Counted from the stretch's first letter, positions 50,454-60,784 are shown. The stretch is DNA of 64,000 nucleotides from Phycisphaerales bacterium UBA7800 (GCA_002480565.1 DLCK01000080.1:8192-72191), one strand, 5' to 3'. Program-made: numbers and translations. The notes: generated from the letters alone by a model not told the origin.

Positions 50454-51629
50454 TTATTCTGCTAACGCGCCAGTTGGTTGATTGGCTGAATGGACAGGTT
50501 GTAAGGGTAGGCTTTGAGCGTCGATTGAATCCCAATCCACTCCGTTGCGCAGACGCTTACCTAACTCGATGAGTGTTGCATAATCTGTTGGATCAATCGA
50601 ACCATCAGGTAATGGACCGGTGTTGAGCAGTACCTTGGCATTGATCGAACGGGCATATGCATAGCACTTTAAAACATCATCCACGTTACGGTGTTCGCCA
50701 TCGTTGTACTTGTTATATCCCCACACGCGAGGTTGGAGTGTCTCGCAGATTTCCCATGGCTTGTCTTTGTTTTTCTCCCATGCCTTAAGTGAACTTTTGC
50801 CAGCTTTACCCTTGAGTTTTTCAGATAAGTCCCCCGCAGAACGTTCAGGGGCGGCATAGTCTTCTTCACCGTTTGCACCTTGCTTAAACGAGATTAAACA
50901 CTGTGGCTGAAGACTGCGGATCAGCGCATAGGTTTCGTCAATCGCAAAGAGGTCCGGTCGACAATGATATGCTGTAATCGGGTCAAACCAGAGACCTGCA
51001 ATCGGGCCGTACTGTGTGAGTAGTTCTCGGAGTTGTGCATGAACGAAATCCATGTAGTGACAAAAGTCCGCATCTTTTTCCCACAGGTACCGCGGGTCCG
51101 GTTCACTGTAATTGGGCTGTGCCGGTTCCCAGAACACGCGCGGGTAGAAGTATGGATGTTGCCAGTCAGCTGAGTAGGAGTAGTACAGGAACAGTCCGAT
51201 TTTTTTCTTCTCACATGCCATGGTCAGTTCCGCAACAAGGTCTCTGCCGCATGGGGCTTGGACGCTGTTGTAGTCCGATTGCTTGGTGTTAAATAAACTG
51301 AATCCCTCATGATGTCGGGTGGTGAACGTGATGTACTGCATGTCTGCAGCGATCGCTAAATCCGTAATCGCATCTGCATCAAAGTTCTCCGCGGTGAATT
51401 GATCCATGAGTTTTGAATAGCGTGAGTGCGGAATTTTTTCATGGAACATAGCCCATTCGCCATGTCCTAACACGCTGTAAAGTCCGTAGTGAATGAACAA
51501 GCCATAGCGTGATTGTTTGAACCATTCGAGTGTGGCTTTGCGTGGGTTTTGAGCATATAGCGACTCATAACCTTTGAGAAATGAGGGGATATGCTGGTCG
51601 GCCGGATGCGTGATGATTGCTTGATTCAT
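50454..51629 (-). CDS. GH29 alpha-L-fucosidase
   Basis: WFKQSRYGLFIHYG, TTRHHEGF, LWFD nucleophile region, LLNTGP. Confidence 0.88.
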   Translation of the reverse strand: MNQAIITHPADQHIPSFLKGYESLYAQNPRKATLEWFKQSRYGLFIHYGLYSVLGHGEWAMFHEKIPHSRYSKLMDQFTAENFDADAITDLAIAADMQYITFTTRHHEGFSLFNTKQSDYNSVQAPCGRDLVAELTMACEKKKIGLFLYYSYSADWQHPYFYPRVFWEPAQPNYSEPDPRYLWEKDADFCHYMDFVHAQLRELLTQYGPIAGLWFDPITAYHCRPDLFAIDETYALIRSLQPQCLISFKQGANGEEDYAAPERSAGDLSEKLKGKAGKSSLKAWEKNKDKPWEICETLQPRVWGYNKYNDGEHRNVDDVLKCYAYARSINAKVLLNTGPLPDGSIDPTDYATLIELGKRLRNGVDWDSIDAQSLPLQPVHSANQPTGALAE

Positions 51630-51675
51630 AGTTGAAACTCAGTTGTTGAAAAAGGTGTGATTCATCAGTCGGTGT

Positions 51676-52404
51676 TTATTGGTAAATGGTGTCTTCGTTT
51701 AAAGCGTCAGCGGTGTAGTTCATATTGCCATAATGAACATTGGCAAAGTGACCGTCGGCATGCACGATATTGGCCTGCCCGTCTTCACTGCTGAAATGTC
51801 TTGCGGTGTATTGATTGGATGCCGTTTGTGTGCCATCAGGGTTGCTTAGGCTGTAAATCAGTTCATCACTGGCATCGGCAAAGACCGGCCAAAGGTGTGG
51901 TTTGAGCAAGGCCTTGTGATAGAAGTAGGGGATCGCATCATTCTTCACCCCCAGGCCGTAGGTCGCGTTGTATTTGCGAACCGGTAATGCGAGCATTGCA
52001 TATCCCATGGGTTTGTCGTTAAGCGGAGTCGGCCAGGCGGTGTAGGGCGAGTCTTCAGGGCAAGCGAGGATTTGGAAGTTTGCCAGATAGTTGGTCCCCA
52101 CGCCACCGTTCTGAACAATCCTGTTGCCGTTGGCATAACCATGCCCCAATAGTGCGTTGTACCAAAACCCTCGTGCATTGGTACCTTCGTGCCAATTGCC
52201 CCATGACCTGACGTGCTGCCCGTTGTTGTCCTGCATATACAGCGTGAACCCGAGGTAAATTTGTCGTTGATGATTGACACAGAGAATGTTGTTCGCAGAC
52301 TTGCGTGCTGCTGCCAAAGCAGGGAGCAGAATACTTATCAACAGCGAGACAATGGAAATGACAACGAGCAGTTCGATGAGTGTGAATCCGCAGGGTTTTT
52401 TCAT
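51676..52404 (-). CDS. Prepilin-type (DUF1559-like) protein
   Basis: [33 protein letters not shown]...ANIVHADGH. Start ATG 52404. Confidence 0.88.
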   Translation of the reverse strand: MKKPCGFTLIELLVVISIVSLLISILLPALAAARKSANNILCVNHQRQIYLGFTLYMQDNNGQHVRSWGNWHEGTNARGFWYNALLGHGYANGNRIVQNGGVGTNYLANFQILACPEDSPYTAWPTPLNDKPMGYAMLALPVRKYNATYGLGVKNDAIPYFYHKALLKPHLWPVFADASDELIYSLSNPDGTQTASNQYTARHFSSEDGQANIVHADGHFANVHYGNMNYTADALNEDTIYQ

Positions 52405-52445
52405 GATCCAATTCCTTTTCAGGGCAATGGGGGCTTGGCGATAGA

Positions 52446-54209
52446 TCACGGTTTAAGCAACTCAACGGGCAATGGACTGTGCATATAAACAGGACTTTGG
52501 CTGATCGGTAATGACACCTTGTCATCAATGGGATGGATCGTTCGCGTCACACCCATGATGTCCACAACTGTGATGGGTTTGCTTGATGGGATGGCAAGTG
52601 TCGTTGGCTGGTTGATCGTCCAGATGACGTTTACCTCGGACTTGTTTGTAAAGGTTGCCTTGCAGACAAATACGCCATCAAGCTTGTGACCTTCGATGAT
52701 TTTTACATCTTGAGCACCCGCAATCTGACGTTGAAGTACGGCGTAAGACACGACTGCAGGTTTGGGCATGTAGTCATAATCCTGATTACGCAGGATGCCA
52801 AGACCTGCACCGAGTGTGTCATAGAACCGCCACCAGAAAAAACGGTCGACCTTCTCTGCGCGAGCCAGGATCATGGTGCGAACGAGGAGTTGGGCCTGCT
52901 GCTTTTCGGTGATAGCTTTGTGTAAGGGTGGTGGGAATGATGGCAGGGTGTTGTAGCCTGACTCGGTGGACCAGATTTCTCGGGGGTGTCCGCTGAGTGT
53001 GCTGGGCATATCTTTGGTCACGCGCGTTACACCACGCAGGTCATCGACCAGTGAGTCCAGGCCGTAGCCCTTGGCTTGGGTCATGCCGCTGATTTCAGGG
53101 ATGGCCTGAGGATAGCGATAAGGATGAATCGCAACGATATCCATCATGGGTGCAGCACCATGCTTGGCAACTTCATCAATCCATTCATATTTCACGCCGG
53201 TTGTTCCCGCAATACTGATGCGCACTTTGGGATCGATCTCGCGAATGAGCTTATAGGTTTGCATGTAGAAGTCCGCATAGGTTTGCGGGTCGGCATTGGG
53301 CCACTGTCTAAACCCATTGGTTTCGTTGAGGATTTCCCACGCTGTAATCTGACCGCGGTAATGTGTTGCCATCGCTTTGACAAAGCTTTCCCAGTATGGC
53401 CACTTGGGAATCGGCTTGCGTACCGGGACTGGCACCGTCTGATCAATCGGCAAGGCAGCAAAGTCCGGCGTGCCCATCAGCGTCATCATCACCTGTATAT
53501 CTGAGTCCTGACACACCTTGGTCAGACGATCCAGTCTGCGGTAATCAAGTGGGGCATCGGGTTGATCCTGCATCGTATCCCAGTGAGTAAACACACGCAG
53601 ACTCCTCACGCCCATGCGATCAAGAACCGGCTGGTTGTATTGCGTTAAAGGCGGGGTCGGTTGAATGGCACCCAGCGGCGCACTGAGTCCAAAAAAACGA
53701 TCCGGATTATCCAGCTCCACCGACTGTGGCACGATTGCAAGGTCCGCCCATGTGTTGCCAAAGACGTGTTGCTCGCCCGTCATTGTTTGTCCAGCAAGTG
53801 TGACAGAGACACGAAACCAACCTGTGGATTGTTCAGCAGGCAAATCAATGTGAAGCATGATCGCTGGACTGAATCGTAGCTTTTTGTTGTATGTCCATGT
53901 GGCTGGTTCTCTGCCTTGCAAGACTAAATTGTTATCAAAATCATGGACTCGATACCGCAGATGCATTGAGTCGAGTTGATATTTCTTGAAGCTGATTTTG
54001 CCATGTCCCAGTATCCGAAAATAGAGTTTGATCTGTTCCTGAGCGTAGAGCACCGTGTCATGATGCGGTGTGTCATGGCGGAGCATCGGATTGATGTAAT
54101 CTGACAAAGGTGCTTGGCCATTGGACGACGATGCCCCCCAGCTGATTACAATCGTAAGGAGACTGAGTAAGAAACTTCGAGACATCATTTGACTTCTATT
54201 TTTAGACAT
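52446..54209 (-). CDS. Secreted clan GH-A hydrolase (GH39-like)
   Basis: Signal-like N-terminus, acid/base WEILNE, nucleophile IWSTESGY, FFWW. Start ATG 54209 preferred. Confidence 0.7.
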   Translation of the reverse strand: MSKNRSQMMSRSFLLSLLTIVISWGASSSNGQAPLSDYINPMLRHDTPHHDTVLYAQEQIKLYFRILGHGKISFKKYQLDSMHLRYRVHDFDNNLVLQGREPATWTYNKKLRFSPAIMLHIDLPAEQSTGWFRVSVTLAGQTMTGEQHVFGNTWADLAIVPQSVELDNPDRFFGLSAPLGAIQPTPPLTQYNQPVLDRMGVRSLRVFTHWDTMQDQPDAPLDYRRLDRLTKVCQDSDIQVMMTLMGTPDFAALPIDQTVPVPVRKPIPKWPYWESFVKAMATHYRGQITAWEILNETNGFRQWPNADPQTYADFYMQTYKLIREIDPKVRISIAGTTGVKYEWIDEVAKHGAAPMMDIVAIHPYRYPQAIPEISGMTQAKGYGLDSLVDDLRGVTRVTKDMPSTLSGHPREIWSTESGYNTLPSFPPPLHKAITEKQQAQLLVRTMILARAEKVDRFFWWRFYDTLGAGLGILRNQDYDYMPKPAVVSYAVLQRQIAGAQDVKIIEGHKLDGVFVCKATFTNKSEVNVIWTINQPTTLAIPSSKPITVVDIMGVTRTIHPIDDKVSLPISQSPVYMHSPLPVELLKP

Positions 54210-54276
54210 ATCACAACTCCTGCGAACCACTGATTGGGTGTTCGTATAAACAAACTTAAAAAACAACATTATTAAA

Positions 54277-55302
54277 CTATCCGGCAACCGGGCCAGTGGA
54301 CTCACGGATCACCAGTTGCGTGGGTAATGGCGTTTGATCCATCACCGGCACACTGCTGTTTTGATCCAGACTCTGTATCACATTGACAATCCGCTTGACC
54401 GCCAACTTACCCATCTCCACCTGAGGCTGAGCAATGGAAGTCAATGGCGGGTCGCAAAATTCAGTCATATTCAAATTCGAACAACCGATCACCGACAAGT
54501 CGTTTGGTGTATGGATCCCCATCGCTCTGGCTGTGCGGATAGCTGTCATAGCCATATGGTCGTTGGCACAAAACAAAGCGGTGGGGCGGTGCTTGTTCTC
54601 AAGGAGTTGGTGAGTAGCTTTGATCGTTTGATCAATCTCATATTCACCACTGACCATATTGCGAGACTGAATTTTAAGTCCCATTTTTTTCATGGCATGA
54701 CGGAAGCCAGCTTCACGAACATGCGTTGAAATCGAGTGGCGATTGCCGCCGATATATCCGATTTTGCGATGTCCTAAACCATGAAGATGTTCGATGGCCT
54801 GGAAGATGCCCGTGTGATCGTCACATCGAATACTGATAAGTCCAGGGAGCTCTGGTGGCCCACTTAAATGAGAAACAGGCAGGTTCAGTTTACTGGTAAT
54901 GTCCGCCAAGTCGCGCATGCTTTGTTCATGGGACTCGCCACAAATCAATCCGCTTAAACATTGTGACTGACATTGTGAGGCTAGGGCCTTGGCGTCGAAC
55001 TGCCAGTCAGTGCGAATGATCTTAATGAGGTAACCCAACGCTTCTGCTTCCTGGCAGAGTCCGTCAAGGAACATGGATAGATATTCACTGGCTACCGTCT
55101 GGGTCGCAAAACCGATGACCTTGGCTCGGCCTGTGAACATTGCCTGGGCCAGCGCGTTGGGTTGATAGTTCATTTCCCTTGCTGCCTGCTGGATCTTGCG
55201 GCGCGTTTTTTCATTAACCGTCGGATTGTCACGTAAAGCCATCGATACCGTGGACTTGGCATAACCCAAGGTGTCGGCGATTTGTTTAACAGTCGGATTC
55301 AT
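54277..55302 (-). CDS. LacI family transcriptional regulator
   Basis: PTVKQIADTLGYAKSTVSMAL...YQPNALA, and PTALFCANDHMA...PPLTSI. Confidence 0.95.
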   Translation of the reverse strand: MNPTVKQIADTLGYAKSTVSMALRDNPTVNEKTRRKIQQAAREMNYQPNALAQAMFTGRAKVIGFATQTVASEYLSMFLDGLCQEAEALGYLIKIIRTDWQFDAKALASQCQSQCLSGLICGESHEQSMRDLADITSKLNLPVSHLSGPPELPGLISIRCDDHTGIFQAIEHLHGLGHRKIGYIGGNRHSISTHVREAGFRHAMKKMGLKIQSRNMVSGEYEIDQTIKATHQLLENKHRPTALFCANDHMAMTAIRTARAMGIHTPNDLSVIGCSNLNMTEFCDPPLTSIAQPQVEMGKLAVKRIVNVIQSLDQNSSVPVMDQTPLPTQLVIRESTGPVAG

Positions 55303-55351
55303 CAGACCTCGCTAATGGCATCTAATCAAATCGGTAAGTCCAAAATTGCAT

Positions 55352-55367
55352 TTTGAACCGGTTCAAA
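55352..55367. promoter_or_regulatory. Candidate LacI-family operator
   Basis: Perfect 16-bp palindrome TTTGAACCGGTTCAAA with a central CG, 50 bp from the lacI-type start in a divergent intergenic region. Confidence 0.75.
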
Positions 55368-55592
55368 TCGTTTGATTGATCATAGGCGTCCATTGGAATG
55401 GGGTCAATGGTTTAGTGGAAAATTATCATTGAAGGAGGATTGTTGCTGATGTACTGAAAACAAGGTGAATCAATGTCAATTGTATGACGCGCTCGGATAT
55501 CGCAAAAAGTTGATCGTCCGGTGATAGTTTGTCATCCGTGCTGTGTCTAGACTTTTCTCAACATCAAAGTTCACAACCACAGGAGTACGCCG

Positions 55593-57524
55593 ATGTTTCC
55601 TTCAATCTTTTCAGACGAATTACGAATCGACGATATCGATCAGACACTTAAGATTATCTCCGGCTGGGGATATGAGTATGTTGATTTTAGAGCCAGAGTG
55701 TTCGGTAAGGGTATCGAGTTTCTCGATCAGGACGAACTCAAACAACTCAAGGGGGTACTTGGGAAGTACAACCTGAAGGTCGGGGCATTACAGACATCGC
55801 TTGCCAAAGTGCATCTGCCTGATTCAGAGCGTCAAGCCGCTGAAGCTCAGAAACTTGAGGGTATGATCCGTGCCGCCGATGTGTTGGACTGTCGCCTGGC
55901 TCGTGTGTTTAACTTTTGGCAACCCCAGCATGCAGCCCCGGAATTACATGACCAATTGCAGAACCGTGAGGATATGCTCGAGCAGGTCTTGGAGATGTTT
56001 GAACCTCTTGCCAAGCGTGGTAAGGAAGCGGGAATGCTCTTTGGTTTTGAAAATTGTGGCCAGTCACCACGCGAAGTGTTGGCATTGCTAGATGCGTTGG
56101 ATGAGCCGACGTGGGGGTTGGCATGGGACCTGCATGATGACTGGAACTTCCCGCCACGTAAGGAAAACGAAGTCGAGTATCTCATTGAACTGGCGCAGCG
56201 GTGCAACATGGTGCATTGCAAGGCCAAGTCGGTGATCCCATCAATCATCAACGCACATGTACCTTGGGATCGTGTGTTGGCAACTTGCGCCGCTGCCGGA
56301 CTCAAGGGGCCGGTGAGTGTGGAAACGCATCACCATGATCCTGAAAATGACCTGAATGGTGAAAAGGCTTCCAAGGCATGTTATGACCATATCAAAAAGA
56401 ATTGGCCATCGGCAGCACCCGGCGATATCCGTGAAGCCGCCAAGCCGATTGTGATCGACGTGAAGCGTGATTGGGAAGACAACCCGGTTAACTTTGTAAT
56501 CGTCGGCATGGGAATGGGACGTAACCGTGCTCGCAGCATGGTCAAGACGCCTGGGTGTAAACTTGTGGGTATCTGTGATCTTAAAGAAGACTTGGCAAAA
56601 GAAGCAGGTGATGAATTTGGTGTGCCTTGGACGACAGAAGTCACACCGTGGTTAAGTGATGAAAAGGTGGATGTGGTATTCGTTGTCACGCCCACAGGTA
56701 ATCATGGTGACGTGGCGATCCAAGCGATGCGTGCGGGTAAGCATGTGATCACCACCAAGCCGATGGATGCGACTTTGGCTAAGTGCAATGAGATGATTCA
56801 AGTCGCAAAGGAAAACAATGTTCTGCTAGCGGTGGACTTTGAAAAACGTTTTGATCAAAACGCCTTGCAGATGGCCAAAGCCGTGAAGGACGGCGTTTTT
56901 GGCAAAGTGTATTTCGCCAGCGCTCACCTTCGGATCAAACGCACCAAGGAATATTTCGATGTCAATGGTGGGTGGCACGGCACATGGGAACTTGATGGCG
57001 GGGGAACCTTCTCCAACCAGTGCATCCATCTGCTTGATGAATTAATCTGTTCGCTTGGGATGCCCATCGAAGTGCGCGCATCGCTGCATACCGTCAAACA
57101 TGACATCGAAGCTGAAGATATCGGCTTGGGTGAATGGCGTTATGCCAACGGCACGGTGGTTCGCGTGTTCTCCACGACCGTCTGGTTAGGCAGTGGGTGG
57201 GATAGCCAGATTGAAATCGCAGGTGAAAAGGGATGTTATGTCGTTTCCGAAGGTGGTCCCTTTGAAAATGGCGTTCGTTGGTACCTTCAAGACAAATGGT
57301 CCGACAAGTCGCCGGTGACCGTTGAAACCACCTGGGTCAACGCAGCAGATAATATGGCAGCAGCGATCCGAAGTGGCGAAGCATTGGCATGTGATGGTGC
57401 ATCCGGTGCGCAGAGTCGGGCGATCCTCGAAGCGATGTATGAATCAGCCCGGTTCCATGAAGGCAAGTGGGTTGCCATTGCCGATGTGATTGAAAAAGCA
57501 AAGCTTGTAGAAGCAGTCAGCTAA
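55593..57524 (+). CDS. Fusion of sugar-phosphate isomerase/epimerase (TIM barrel) and Gfo/Idh/MocA oxidoreductase
   Basis: N-half GFENCG, LAWD, VHCKAK, VSVETH. C-half IVGMGMGR, TPTGNHG, GKHVITTKP, WHGTWELDGGG...NQCIHLLD. Confidence 0.85.
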   Translation: MFPSIFSDELRIDDIDQTLKIISGWGYEYVDFRARVFGKGIEFLDQDELKQLKGVLGKYNLKVGALQTSLAKVHLPDSERQAAEAQKLEGMIRAADVLDCRLARVFNFWQPQHAAPELHDQLQNREDMLEQVLEMFEPLAKRGKEAGMLFGFENCGQSPREVLALLDALDEPTWGLAWDLHDDWNFPPRKENEVEYLIELAQRCNMVHCKAKSVIPSIINAHVPWDRVLATCAAAGLKGPVSVETHHHDPENDLNGEKASKACYDHIKKNWPSAAPGDIREAAKPIVIDVKRDWEDNPVNFVIVGMGMGRNRARSMVKTPGCKLVGICDLKEDLAKEAGDEFGVPWTTEVTPWLSDEKVDVVFVVTPTGNHGDVAIQAMRAGKHVITTKPMDATLAKCNEMIQVAKENNVLLAVDFEKRFDQNALQMAKAVKDGVFGKVYFASAHLRIKRTKEYFDVNGGWHGTWELDGGGTFSNQCIHLLDELICSLGMPIEVRASLHTVKHDIEAEDIGLGEWRYANGTVVRVFSTTVWLGSGWDSQIEIAGEKGCYVVSEGGPFENGVRWYLQDKWSDKSPVTVETTWVNAADNMAAAIRSGEALACDGASGAQSRAILEAMYESARFHEGKWVAIADVIEKAKLVEAVS

Positions 57525-57579
57525 AGCGATTTGAATAGAGTGTATTTGCCGGACGTGCTTCTGGCGGTGTGATACGGAT

Positions 57580-58413
57580 TTAGTCCGGGTGATCATGCCG
57601 CCAGACACGTCCTTTTGCTTGTCGGTATGCCAGGGGATTGACGCCGACATGCTTGAGAAACATATGGCTGAAATGACTCGACGAGTTAAAGCCGATTTCA
57701 AGAGCGATATGGGTGATTGGAAGTGAACTGCTGATGAGCAATTGCTTGGCACGTTCCAGTCGTAATTCCGTTAAGCGTTCAGCTAGTGTCTGCCCGGTCG
57801 CATGACGATAGACTCGTGCAAGATGAGCAGGAGACAGAGCGACGACTTTCCCCAAGTCATCCCGTGTCAACGAGCGATGCAGATTACTTCGCATAAAGGC
57901 ATCAAGCTGTTCGATGCGTGCTTCATGTTGCGGGTGCGGCGGATGGGATGGCGAAGATGTTGTTTGCGGTGAATGATCACGCGCCAAGCCAATGAGCAAC
58001 CGTGTGGTTAGAGACAGAATCAAATCGTTGGCATCATGCTGCCCGGGACTTTGCAATTCGTCGATGAGTGTCGCCATATCCTGTTTCAAGGCACTACCCA
58101 GTGAAAGCACTCTGTCATAACATGCATCGAGTTGCAGGCGGTGATTTTCAAAGTTGACCCAGAAATAGCCAATCCCACTTTTGCGTGAACTGGCGCAGCA
58201 AGGTGATCGCATTGCACCGGGCGGGATGATTAGCGACTCACCGGGATTAAGTGTGTAGACCTTGTCTTGAACAGTCATTTCTGCACGCCCGTACTGAACG
58301 CCATACCACTGGACATCGCTGCGAAAATGCGCGGTGACTTTATAGTTTGGCCCACGTTCATTCCATGCTGCTGCATAGACGGTGATGGGATAGGGGGGCA
58401 ATGTTTCTGTCAT
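57580..58413 (-). CDS. AraC family transcriptional regulator
   Basis: Cupin-like HFRSDVQWY...LNPGESLIIPPG and C-terminal HTH LSPAHLARVY...IALEIGFNSSSHFS. Start ATG 58413 with AGGA upstream. Confidence 0.88.
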   Translation of the reverse strand: MTETLPPYPITVYAAAWNERGPNYKVTAHFRSDVQWYGVQYGRAEMTVQDKVYTLNPGESLIIPPGAMRSPCCASSRKSGIGYFWVNFENHRLQLDACYDRVLSLGSALKQDMATLIDELQSPGQHDANDLILSLTTRLLIGLARDHSPQTTSSPSHPPHPQHEARIEQLDAFMRSNLHRSLTRDDLGKVVALSPAHLARVYRHATGQTLAERLTELRLERAKQLLISSSLPITHIALEIGFNSSSHFSHMFLKHVGVNPLAYRQAKGRVWRHDHPD

Positions 58414-58867
58414 GTTGCGTCCTGACGTTATACGTTGCTTTATCCTACCTGTTTCGTGATTTGCTTGCTGGTGTGATTCAAATCTCATGTGTTCGCTCAA
58501 ATCAAGCGATAAATATTTAATCGAATATACCAAAATAGCAATATGCAAGAACGGCAATATGGCAACATGGAAATATAGAGAAAAAGCAATGTATGCGACC
58601 AGCAATATTGCTATCGCGATATATGCGCCACGAGTAATATTCACTTTCTGCTGTAAAAAAGATAAAATGGTGTGGAAATAAAAAGATTCACTTTTATAAT
58701 TAAATACGACATACAGGCGCGATCCACTTCGTGGTTTTATTTCATATGTTTCAACTGCCCGGTGTTTAGTATCCCCTGTCGATCCGTTTGATAGATCGTT
58801 TAAATTCTCTGCATCTACTCATCTTTATCGCTAACTTTCTCACACATTCATCAGGAGTGCGTTTCTT

Positions 58868-60784
58868 ATGAGAAGATCCAAGCGGGTTGATCAACCTAAT
58901 GATCAGGAACTTGATCCTGGATGTACAAGTCGCAATCCTCAGTACGGTGAATTGCAGCATTCGACTGTCATATTTAGATACCTCAAGCGATTAGGTGTGA
59001 TGGCGTTAGTCATGATAGGGGTTTTCTTTCTGATCACATTCCCTTCAAGCAACATGGCTCAGACGCCAGTCGATGCTGATGTGTCAAAGTCTATCGATGA
59101 TCAGGCAGTGACACCCGCTAATGCCAATGTGATGCAAGCTGCCTCGCTGGCCGATGACAATCCCAAACTTAAATCCAGTACCGCTGATCACACGAAGTTT
59201 GAGATTCTGCAACAGAATTTTGCAACAGGCCCTGATGTGACTGCAGCATGTTTGACTTGTCATACGGACGCAGCCAAGCAGTTAATGAAGACCAGTCATT
59301 GGACATGGATATGCCCACGCGCCCGACAGGAGTTGGAACAGAAGCAAGGGCGTGCAGTGGGTAAGGGCGAACATATTATTAACAACTTCTGCATTGCGCT
59401 AGGGTCCAATGAACCACGTTGTACATCCTGTCACGCTGGTTATGGCTGGGAAGACAAGAACTTTGATTTTGGCAATGAGACTCTCGTTGACTGTCTTGTT
59501 TGCCACGACACCACCAAGTCTTACAAGAAGTTCCCGACTGCTGCGGGGCATGCAGTTTATGCCAGCGAATTTCCTAATGGTCGTGAATGGCCCAAGGGGT
59601 CTGGCAAGATGTGAAAGCCTGCTGATTTGAAAAACATTGCCATGAACGTTGGCAAGCCTTCAAGACACAACTGCGGGACTTGTCACTTCTTTGGCGGGGG
59701 CGGTGAAGGTGTCAAGCATGGTGATATGGATGTGTCACTGGCCAAACCCCATCCCGGCATCGATGTGCATATGGCCCAGGGGTTGGATTTCAAATGTACG
59801 CAGTGTCATACCACCGTCGCTCATCAGGTATCCGGACGCTGTTTTACCATCCCGGCTTTGGAGGAAAAGGAATTTGCTTTGTTGGGGCATGAAAGTAACA
59901 AACTACTTGCCTGTGAATCCTGTCACACTCAAACACCACACCAGATAGCCAAGCTCAACGATCACACCGATCGTGTCTCCTGTGAAGCATGCCACATCCC
60001 GACAATGGCACGAGAACGTCCGACTAAAATGTGGTGGGACTGGTCGCTGGCGGGCAAGAAAACCCCCGAAGGCAAGCCCATTGTCAAAAAGGCTGATGTC
60101 AAGGGAACCAAAGTCAATGTCTATGACACCAAGAAGGGTGAGTTTATTTGGATCAAGGATGAGAATCCTGAATACATCTGGTTTAACGGCGAGATGAAAC
60201 ACTCATTTATCGGTGATGTGATTGATGACAAGACACCCGCATCAGAAGTCCCAGGTGTAACCAAAGGACGCTTTGACAAACTTGACATGTCCAAGCCGAT
60301 TGTCCGGATCAATATCCCCGGTGGTGATGCCAATGATCCTGATTCCAAGATTGTCCCGGTGAAGATTCATCGCGGTAAACAGGTGTATGACAGCAAACGC
60401 AAAATCCTGGCGGTCCCCAAGCTCTTCCCAGCAGGTGAGAACAAGGGTGTCGCATATTGGAAAGCCTACGACTGGGATAAGGCCATTGCTGCGGGGATGG
60501 ACTATATCGGTCAGGAGTACAGCGGCGAGTACGATTTTATTCAGACTGAAATGGTCTGGCCGCTGGCACACATGGTTCCTACTGCCAAGGATGCAGTGAG
60601 TTGCGCTGAATGTCATACACCGCAGGGGCGACTTGCCAATATTAGTGGAATCTATATCCCAGGCCGGGATCGTAATCCAATGATCGACATCGTGGGGTGG
60701 GGCTTGGTCGTGTTGACGCTCCTTGGTGCTGCGGGACATGGACTTCTGCGGCTGGTATCCAAGGGTAAGGGAGAAGATAAATGA
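58868..60784 (+). pseudogene. Octaheme tetrathionate-reductase-family cytochrome c interrupted by one in-frame TGA (59612-59614)
   Basis: Track ORFs 58868-59614 and 59627-60784 share a frame. Three CxxCH (CLTCH, CTSCH, CLVCH) plus five (CGTCH, CTQCH, CESCH, CEACH, CAECH) give 8. Pseudogene, sequencing error and readthrough cannot be distinguished here. Confidence 0.75.

Noticed and set aside
58414-58644. Hydrophobic N-terminal extension of the AraC ORF in the track, suggesting a membrane-anchored regulator
   Set aside because: ATG 58413 has an RBS and gives a normal-length AraC. The Ile/Ala-rich extension is the antisense reading of the AT-rich GCAATAT repeat array.
59612-59614. Genome-wide TGA reassignment (genetic code 4/25) as the cause of the split cytochrome
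   Set aside because: TGA ends many clearly complete genes in this window (e.g. those ending at 2088, 7488, 8027, 9073 and 12121).
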